Below the pieces are notes generated by a model. That model saw nothing but the letters and a program-made list of their open reading frames with translations. It was not told where the DNA came from and searched no databases. From Polyangiaceae bacterium (GTDB lineage: Bacteria; Myxococcota_A; Polyangia; Polyangiales; Polyangiaceae), in NCBI GenBank assembly GCA_025937895.1, contig JAICQL010000028.1, positions 1 through 32,000 on the forward strand: 32,000 nucleotides of DNA, in the 5' to 3' direction. Within the stretch, counting starts at the first letter, position 1. The number at the start of each line of letters is the position of its first letter. Below, one piece after another: positions 25,924 through 32,000 of the stretch. The position numbers were made by a program, and so were the translations under genes.

Positions 25924-26643
25924 TCAGCCGGGCGCCATCACCAGCACCCAGACGTCGTACGACACGTGCGTCCAGACCACGGGTGCAAAGCCGCGGGTCA
26001 CATAGATGACGGTGAAGATCAGGCCGCACACCGCGCGAAACACGAACACCCGCAGATCAAACTGCTCGCCCAGCGCGCCCAGGTGATGCCAGGCGCTGAA
26101 CAGCACCGCGGAGGCCAGCGCCCAGCCTGCGCCGAGCAGCGTGCGCCGCCACCAGCCCTTGCCGGGCCAGAGCACGCGCAAGCAGCGCAGCCCGAGGCCG
26201 AAGAGCACGACGCGAAAGGCGATCTCCTCGTACAGGCCCGCGCCCAGGCTCATCACCAGGCCGGTGAACTTGCCCTCGATCCCGCCGGCGAGAAACAGGC
26301 GCCCGACCACTGCGCCCGCCACCAGGCGCATGGCGAGCGCGTACAGCACCCCCTCCAGCGCCAGCCACACGAAGCTCTGCCAGCGCAGCACCTCGCGCCG
26401 CCCGAGCAACACCAGCACCGCCACGAACGCAGCGCCGATGCCGATGGTGAAGGCCAGGTAAGCGACCCGGCTCTGGTGCGCCAGCTCCACCAGGTACTGC
26501 GTCACCAGATCCGCCGCATTGCGCACGGGCAGAAAGATGACGCCCAGGTGATAGGCGACGAAAATGGGCAAGGTCAGCCCGAGATCCGTCCGAGCGTTGC
26601 TGGGCGCGAGCAGCGCCCTGGTTGACCCTGCCTCGAAGCTCAA
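25924..26643 (-). CDS. CPBP-family intramembrane metalloprotease (CAAX protease-like)
   Basis: Polytopic membrane protein with the signature motifs EEIAFRVVLF and FSAWHH. Confidence 0.8.
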   Translation of the reverse strand: MSFEAGSTRALLAPSNARTDLGLTLPIFVAYHLGVIFLPVRNAADLVTQYLVELAHQSRVAYLAFTIGIGAAFVAVLVLLGRREVLRWQSFVWLALEGVLYALAMRLVAGAVVGRLFLAGGIEGKFTGLVMSLGAGLYEEIAFRVVLFGLGLRCLRVLWPGKGWWRRTLLGAGWALASAVLFSAWHHLGALGEQFDLRVFVFRAVCGLIFTVIYVTRGFAPVVWTHVSYDVWVLVMAPG

Positions 26644-26655
26644 GCGCCGCGCGCC

Positions 26656-27705
26656 TCAGTTGGGGCCGAGATTGTACACGAGCGCGAGCATGGCCACGCC
26701 CCAGGAGAACACGATGGCCACGAAAGGCCCGTCGCGGAGCATCTCCTGCGTGGGGCTCTCCGACTTCGGCCGGGTGCGAACCAGCACCATGAAGCGCCAC
26801 AGTGCCACCGCCACGAACACGCTGGTCCACCACAGGTGCCGCGAGTTGAAGAAGTCCATGGTCTCCGGATCCAGCGTGTACGCCACGTAGCTGGCCACCG
26901 TCAGCACCGCGGTGGTGCGATGGCTCCAGCGCAGCCCGTGCCGCGTGTAACCCCCGAGCGCCTTGCGCTGCTGCTGCGCCATGCCACGCGCCGCCGTGCT
27001 CAGCTCGTGCCGGCGCTTGCCCAGGCCCAGGAACAGTGCCAGCAGCGCCGTGCACAGCGCCAGGTAGGTCGACACCTCGGTGTGGGTGGCAAAGCCGCCT
27101 GCCAGAACGCGCAGCACGAAGCCCGCCGCGATCGCCGCCACGTCCAGGTAGGCGACCTGCTTCAGCCGGAACGAATAGGCCACGTTGAGCAGAAAATAGC
27201 TCAGTGCCGTGACCAGGAACTCCCACGGACCGATGGCGGCCCCGGCCAGGCTGACCAGCACCAGCGCGACCACGGCCGTGCGCGCCCAGCCGATCGGCAC
27301 GCGGCCCGAGGGGATGGGCCGATAGCGCTTGATGGGATGGGTCGCATCGTTGTCGATGTCGACCAGATCGTTCATCGTGTACACGGCGCCGGTCAGCAGA
27401 CAGAACACGCCGAACGCGCCGATCGAGCGCACCAGCAGATCCGTGATGAACATCTCGCGCGCGAACACCACCGGCGCCAGGACGAAGACGTTCTTCACCC
27501 ACTGGTGCGGGCGCATGGTGAGCAACAAGCCGCCCAGCCGCCAGACCACCAGCCTGAGCCCCTGGCTGGGGGGCGGCGGCGGCGACAGGTTGACCGAATC
27601 CGTCGACGGCGACGGATCGGAGTCGAGCCCGCTGGACTGCGATGGTGGCTCACTGTCGTCCGCACGCATGCCGTTGCCGTGCTGGATGCTCGCCGTCTGA
27701 ACCAT
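26656..27705 (-). CDS. UbiA-family decaprenyl-phosphate phosphoribosyltransferase-like enzyme
   Basis: RPHQWVKNVFVLAPVVFA and NDLVDIDNDATHPIKRYRPIPSG (NDxxDxxxD plus the KR.RPI block typical of DPPR synthases). Multiple TM helices. 12-nt gap to the CPBP gene, so probably one operon. Confidence 0.85.
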   Translation of the reverse strand: MVQTASIQHGNGMRADDSEPPSQSSGLDSDPSPSTDSVNLSPPPPPSQGLRLVVWRLGGLLLTMRPHQWVKNVFVLAPVVFAREMFITDLLVRSIGAFGVFCLLTGAVYTMNDLVDIDNDATHPIKRYRPIPSGRVPIGWARTAVVALVLVSLAGAAIGPWEFLVTALSYFLLNVAYSFRLKQVAYLDVAAIAAGFVLRVLAGGFATHTEVSTYLALCTALLALFLGLGKRRHELSTAARGMAQQQRKALGGYTRHGLRWSHRTTAVLTVASYVAYTLDPETMDFFNSRHLWWTSVFVAVALWRFMVLVRTRPKSESPTQEMLRDGPFVAIVFSWGVAMLALVYNLGPN

Positions 27706-27764
27706 GCTGGCTGAACCATAGCCAGGGCGCTCGCTCCGCGCTCCAGTTTTTCAGCACGTGCAAT

Positions 27765-27839
27765 TTGCCGCGCGACCTCGTTGCCGCGCGGCCTCGTTGC
27801 CCTGACGTGGTTGCCCCGACGTGGTTGCCCGCGACGTGG
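27765..27839. repeat. five tandem TTGCC-initiated short repeats in a divergent promoter region
   Basis: TTGCCGCGCGACCTCG (27765-27780), TTGCCGCGCGGCCTCG (27781-27796), TTGCCCTGACGTGG (27797-27810), TTGCCCCGACGTGG (27811-27824) and TTGCCCGCGACGTGG (27825-27839). A degenerate TTGGCGCGAGACGT follows. Confidence 0.75.
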
Positions 27840-27898
27840 TTGGCGCGAGACGTTCCGGCTTGACGTCCCGCGGGGCCCCGGGGCATCCGAAGACTGCC

Positions 27899-28675
27899 AT
27901 GAGCGACGTCACCCCCCGCTACGCCCGAGTCCTGCACGATGGAGCCCCTGCGTACGTCCTGGTACCACCGGCAGGGCCGGCACAGCTGCTCACCGCCGCG
28001 CCCTGGGCCGACGGGCGCCCCACCGGCGTGCAACTGGCGCACGACGCGCAGATGCTGTGCCCCGTGTTGCCGTCCAAGATCATCGGCATCGGGCGCAACT
28101 ATCGCAAGCACGCCGCGGAGCTGAAGAACGAGGTGCCGGAAGAGCCGTTGATGTTCTTCAAGCCACCCTCCTCCCTGCTCGATCCGGGTGGCACGGTGCA
28201 ACTGCCGCCGGAGAGCGAGCGGGTCGACTACGAGGGCGAGCTGGTGGTCGTGATCGGCAAGCGCTGCCGCAGGGCCAGCGCCGCGCAGGCCCGCGAGGCC
28301 ATCTTCGGCTACAGCATCGGCTGCGACATCACCGCGCGCGATCTGCAGCAGAAGGACAAGCAGTGGACCCGCGCCAAGGGCTTCGACACGTTCTGCCCGC
28401 TCGGGCCGCTGGTGGTGCCGCTCAAAGATCCGCACGGGCTCTCCTTGCAGCTCACCGTCAACGGCCAGCTGCGGCAAGACGGCTCTACCTCCGACATGAT
28501 CTTCGACGTGCCCGCGCTGGTCGCGTACGCCAGCCAGTCGATGACCCTGGAGCCCGGTGACGTGATCTACACCGGCACTCCGGAGGGGGTCGGGCCGCTG
28601 AAGCACGGCGATGACGTGCGCGTGCGCATCGAGAACCTGGGCGAGCTCGCCTTTCACGTCGCGGGTCCGGCATGA
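27899..28675 (+). CDS. fumarylacetoacetate hydrolase (FAH) family protein
   Basis: Start at internal MSDVTPRY (27899). Motifs KIIGIGRNYRKHA, DYEGELVVVIGK and GDVIYTGTPEGVG. Confidence 0.9.
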   Translation: MSDVTPRYARVLHDGAPAYVLVPPAGPAQLLTAAPWADGRPTGVQLAHDAQMLCPVLPSKIIGIGRNYRKHAAELKNEVPEEPLMFFKPPSSLLDPGGTVQLPPESERVDYEGELVVVIGKRCRRASAAQAREAIFGYSIGCDITARDLQQKDKQWTRAKGFDTFCPLGPLVVPLKDPHGLSLQLTVNGQLRQDGSTSDMIFDVPALVAYASQSMTLEPGDVIYTGTPEGVGPLKHGDDVRVRIENLGELAFHVAGPA

Positions 28676-29958
28676 GCGCGCTGGGGCGCGCAGCCATCGT
28701 CTGCATCGGCACGGAGCTGACCCGCGGGGAGATCCACAACACCAACGCCACCTGGCTCGCCGAGCGCCTGACCGCGCTCGGGCTCGAGGTGAGCAGCATC
28801 GAGGCCGTGGCGGACGACGCTGCGGCGATCATGGGCGCGCTCGAGCGCGCGAGCAGCGGCAACCCGCTGGTGGCCTGCACCGGTGGCCTCGGGCCCACCA
28901 CCGACGACATCACCAGCGCCACCGTGGCGGCGTGGCAGGGCGTGGCACGCGTGCGCGACCCGCAGGTGCTGGCAGGGCTCGAGGCGCGCCTGGCCCGCGC
29001 CGGGCGGCAGCTGACCGCGTCCAGCGCGCAGCAGGCGGATTTTCCCGCCGGCGCCCGCATCCTGGACAATCCGCACGGCACCGCGCCCGGCTTCGCGGTC
29101 CGCCGCGCACGGAGCTCGAGCGGCACCACCTCGGACGGCGCGACCGCCAGCCCGTGCCAGCTCTTCTTCATGCCTGGGGTGCCGCGCGAGATGAAGCCGA
29201 TGTTCGAGAGCTTCGTTGCGCCCGCGGCGCAGGCGCTGGTGCAGGGCGCGCAGCGCCAGGTGCGCCTGCGCTGCTTCGGCGTGCCCGAGTCCATGCTCAA
29301 CGATCAGCTCGCCGGGCTGGAGGCGCAGCACGGCGTGCGCATCGGCTACCGCGCGCACTTCCCCGAGGTCGAGGTCAAGCTGCTCGCGGTGGCCTCCAGC
29401 GCAGAGGCGGCGGACTCGCTCGCCGCTCGCGCCGCGGCCGATGCACGCGCGCGCCTGGGCAAGGCGGTGTACGCCGAGGGCGAGCGCGACCTGCCTCGAG
29501 CCGTGGGCGAGCTGCTGCGCGAGCGCGGGCAGACGCTCAGCCTGGCCGAGTCCTGCACCGGCGGCCTGGTGGGCTCGCTGCTCACCGCGTACCCGGCGAG
29601 CGATTTCCTGCTCGGCGGGGTCATCTCCTACGCCAACCAGGTGAAGCTCGAGCTGCTCGGGGTGGACGCTGCGACCCTCGAGCGTCACGGCGCCGTCAGC
29701 GCCGAGGTGGCGCGCCAGATGGCGGAGGGCGCTCGCGCGCGCTTTCGCAGCGCTCTCGCCCTCTCGCTCACCGGCATCGCCGGCCCGAGCGGGGCCACCG
29801 AGCAGAAGCCGGTGGGTCTCGTGTACTACGCCGTGAGCAGCGCGCAGGGCACGGTCGTGCGCGACGTCAACGTCAGCAATCGCCCGCGCGAGGGCGTGCA
29901 GCTGTATGCCGCCTGGTGCGGTCTCAACCTGGTACGCGAGGTGCTGCTCGCCGGCTGA
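28672..29958 (+). CDS. cinA: CinA-family protein (MoCF-binding domain plus PncC-like NMN deamidase domain)
   Basis: N-terminus AAIVCIGTELTRGEIHNTNATWLA. C-terminal domain LSLAESCTGGLVGSLLT. ATGA overlap with the FAH gene. Confidence 0.9.
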   Translation: MSALGRAAIVCIGTELTRGEIHNTNATWLAERLTALGLEVSSIEAVADDAAAIMGALERASSGNPLVACTGGLGPTTDDITSATVAAWQGVARVRDPQVLAGLEARLARAGRQLTASSAQQADFPAGARILDNPHGTAPGFAVRRARSSSGTTSDGATASPCQLFFMPGVPREMKPMFESFVAPAAQALVQGAQRQVRLRCFGVPESMLNDQLAGLEAQHGVRIGYRAHFPEVEVKLLAVASSAEAADSLAARAAADARARLGKAVYAEGERDLPRAVGELLRERGQTLSLAESCTGGLVGSLLTAYPASDFLLGGVISYANQVKLELLGVDAATLERHGAVSAEVARQMAEGARARFRSALALSLTGIAGPSGATEQKPVGLVYYAVSSAQGTVVRDVNVSNRPREGVQLYAAWCGLNLVREVLLAG

Positions 29959-29976
29959 GGGCGAGGCGGAGCGCCG

Positions 29977-30156
29977 TCACTTCCGCCGCGCACCGGACTC
30001 GTATTGCACGGCAGGGGTACGCCCCCGAATCTCGTGCGGGGGCGGCGGTGGGCCGGCGCAGCCGAGGATCAGTACACAGACTCTGAGCACTTGCCGTAAC
30101 AAACGGAAGAGGGCGCGCAGCACGGATCCGAGCTGCTGCCCCGCTGAGCTGGACAT
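29977..30156 (-). CDS. small lipoprotein-like ORF (59 aa, below the ORF-track cutoff)
   Basis: Hand translation: MSSSAGQQLGSVLRALFRLLRQVLRVCVLILGCAGPPPPPHEIRGRTPAVQYESGARRK*. AAGGAG lies 6 nt upstream of the ATG (30154-30156). Lipobox-like LILGC. GC3 is lower than in neighbouring genes. Confidence 0.35.
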   Translation of the reverse strand: MSSSAGQQLGSVLRALFRLLRQVLRVCVLILGCAGPPPPPHEIRGRTPAVQYESGARRK

Positions 30157-30207
30157 GGAGATCTCCTTGGTTGCGAGCGAGTGATCGCGGGCGTTGCCCG
30201 CGCGCGC

Positions 30208-30528
30208 TCAGCAGCGGAGAGTCTGCAGGTCCAGGTAGAGGCGACGCTGATCCGGCGCCCGGCGGGCAGCGGCGGGTGCAGGTGCATGGCTGGCTCGCGC
30301 CCAGCGAGGCGCGGTCGGCTCTGCTGCGCTGACGTTCGCCGCGCGCGGAGCCCGAGCGCGCTGCACCGAGGCAGCCGCAAGCGCCGGCACGCGCTGCACG
30401 GCGATCCAGGCGCTGACATCGCGCACCGGCTCGCTGGCGACGGCAGGGGTGTGCGCCGCGAAGAGCAGCACCGTACAGGCGAGCAGCGCCCGCAGGAGCC
30501 GGACGAGCCTCTGATCCCAGCGCCGCAT
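30208..30528 (-). CDS. possible small secreted protein (106 aa)
   Basis: Internal Met of tracked ORF 30208..30999 gives MRRWDQRLVRLLRALLACTVLLFAAHTPAVA|SEP, a plausible signal peptide. The remainder is Ala/Arg/Pro-rich, so coding status is uncertain. Confidence 0.3.
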   Translation of the reverse strand: MRRWDQRLVRLLRALLACTVLLFAAHTPAVASEPVRDVSAWIAVQRVPALAAASVQRARAPRAANVSAAEPTAPRWARASHAPAPAAARRAPDQRRLYLDLQTLRC

Positions 30529-30572
30529 TCCGCTCAGCGTAGCCACTCGCGTTCCGGCCGCAAGCGGAGCGA

Positions 30573-31418
30573 TCAGCGCCGCAAGGCAAAGCGCAGCGGC
30601 TGTGCGCCGCTGACGTACAGCTGCACTCCGGCCGCCGACAGCTCCACGACGGCGGAGGCCGCGGCGGGCACGGGCGCGCTCTCCGAGCCGACGTTCTCCG
30701 TCAAGCTCTGCACGGTGATGAACGGCACCCCGGCGATGACGTCGACGTGATTCCAGTGCGCGTGGCCGTTGAACGCCGCCAGCACGTTGCCGTGGCGGGC
30801 GAGCACGGCGCGGACCTGCGCGCGCTCGTGGATCAAGGCCAGCTGTGGCGCTCCTGCGAACCAGCGGTTGCCGGCCAGGCTCATCTCGCTCAGCGGCTGG
30901 TGGGTGAGCAGCACGCAGGGCCCGGGCGCGCTGCCCAGACAGCGCTCCAGAAACGCCAGCTGCCCGTGCCCCAGGAACACGCCGTCCGGCGGCAGCCACA
31001 GGGTGCTCAGGATCACGAAGCGCAGCCCCCCGAAGTCCACGGCGTATGCCGTGGAGCTGTCATGCCGGATCGCCGCCGGCCAGCGCCGCGCCAGCTGCCA
31101 CAGCTCGAGCAGGTCGCGGTCGCCCAGGTTCACTTGATCGTGGTTGCCGGCCACGTGCAGCACCGGGGCCTGCGCGCCGTCGAGCAGCGCGCAGAAGTGC
31201 GCGTAGCTCTCCAGATCCGCCGCGCGCGACACGTCCGACAGCACGTCGCCCAGGTTCAGCACCAGCTCCGGCTGGTCGCGCTCGCGCCAGCCCTGCACCA
31301 CCTGACGAGTGAGCGGCTCGGCCGAGGCCGTCAGCTTCACGGGCTGGCCGCGCTCTGCAGCCAGAGCGGCGCTCTGCGCCGGGCCGAGGTGCACGTCGGT
31401 GATGATGCCGAGCCGCAT
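30573..31418 (-). CDS. metallophosphoesterase
   Basis: Start at internal MRLGIITDVHLG (31418). Calcineurin-like motifs DVH, LGDVLSD, VAGNHD and GHAHWNH. Confidence 0.8.
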   Translation of the reverse strand: MRLGIITDVHLGPAQSAALAAERGQPVKLTASAEPLTRQVVQGWRERDQPELVLNLGDVLSDVSRAADLESYAHFCALLDGAQAPVLHVAGNHDQVNLGDRDLLELWQLARRWPAAIRHDSSTAYAVDFGGLRFVILSTLWLPPDGVFLGHGQLAFLERCLGSAPGPCVLLTHQPLSEMSLAGNRWFAGAPQLALIHERAQVRAVLARHGNVLAAFNGHAHWNHVDVIAGVPFITVQSLTENVGSESAPVPAAASAVVELSAAGVQLYVSGAQPLRFALRR

Positions 31419-31456
31419 GGGCTGCAGCTTAGCTCGAGGGTCCGAGCGGCGGGACC

Positions 31457-31840
31457 TCAGCCCAGCGCCGCGAGCAGGTGGGGCCCAAACACCAGGAGCC
31501 CGATCAGCGCCGCACCCACTGCACAGATCAGCACCCCACCCGCCGCCACGTCCTTCGCCTTCTCCACGAGCGGGTGAAACTCCGGCGAGGCCATGTCTGC
31601 CAGGAACTCGAGCGCCGTGTTCAGCGCCTCTGCGGCCCAGACCACGAGGATGGCCAGGATCAGGGCGATCCAGTCCGCCCGCGACACGCCCAGCCAGGCC
31701 GCCGCCGCCACCGTCAGCACGGTGGCCAGCGCGTGGATCCAGGCGTTGTGCTGCGAGCGCAGCAGGATCAGCACGCCGCGCCCCGCGTACACGAAGCTGC
31801 GCAGCCGGGCAGCAAGCGAGAGCGGGCGCGGCGCGGCCAT
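31457..31840 (-). CDS. dgkA: diacylglycerol kinase (DgkA family)
   Basis: 127-aa three-TM protein with NAWIHALATV and WAAEALNTALEFLAD, characteristic of prokaryotic DAGK. Confidence 0.85.
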   Translation of the reverse strand: MAAPRPLSLAARLRSFVYAGRGVLILLRSQHNAWIHALATVLTVAAAAWLGVSRADWIALILAILVVWAAEALNTALEFLADMASPEFHPLVEKAKDVAAGGVLICAVGAALIGLLVFGPHLLAALG

Positions 31841-31842
31841 GT

Positions 31843-32000
31843 TCAGCCGTGCACGAGGCCAAACACGAACAGGAACGCGGGGCGTGAAAGGGGCTCGAAC
31901 AGGTTCCAGGCCAGCAGCAGCCCCACGAGCTGCAGGATCGGCACCTCCCGCATCTTGTCGTAGAGCTTGCCGATCGTGTTGGGGAACAGGCCCTCGACGA
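31843..32000 (-). CDS. 3' end of an upstream membrane-protein gene (partial, runs off window end)
   Basis: Hand translation of the minus strand: ...VEGLFPNTIGKLYDKMREVPILQLVGLLLAWNLFEPLSRPAFLFVFGLVHG*. The stop at 31843-31845 is 2 nt before the dgkA ATG. GC3-rich codons. Family not recognised. Confidence 0.4.
   Translation of the reverse strand, partial: VEGLFPNTIGKLYDKMREVPILQLVGLLLAWNLFEPLSRPAFLFVFGLVHG

Overview
Very GC-rich bacterial chromosomal window. PEGA/DUF4388/HEAT-type architectures and Ala/Pro/Ser-rich linkers suggest a myxobacterium, but that is inference only. Roughly 26 kb is ordinary housekeeping coding sequence: ugd, a B12-type radical SAM protein, a HEAT-THUMP methyltransferase, ddl, ttcA, a TlpA-like redoxin, a fused bioF-bioD, zapA, fused aroK-aroB, a large Hpt/REC/REC/DUF4388/PEGA signalling protein, a sulfatase-like lipoprotein, hpt, a CPBP protease, a UbiA-family DPPR-synthase-like transferase, an FAH-family hydrolase, cinA, a metallophosphoesterase and dgkA. 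The outstanding feature is the centre of the window. Between 10834 and 14929 there are 11 copies of the canonical chromosomal parS (ParB-binding) palindrome, core GTTTCACGTGAAAC, six of them with a perfect core. Two copies lie in frame inside bioF, within an insertion of about 60-70 codons. Six copies form a head-to-tail satellite with a period of about 141-148 bp (13040-13925). The sites outside bioF sit in a stretch of about 5.5 kb (11287-16813) where I find no credible protein-coding gene. That stretch also holds a second degenerate repeat family, small tandem duplications, several strong hairpins and, at its right edge next to zapA, a tight cluster of DnaA-box-like 9-mers. I read this as a centromere-like, origin-proximal partition locus with an unusual repeat-built architecture; parA/parB and dnaA are not in the window. 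Most long ORFs in the supplied track are shadow ORFs typical of high-GC DNA and were not called. All homology calls come from motif recognition by eye; no searches were run.
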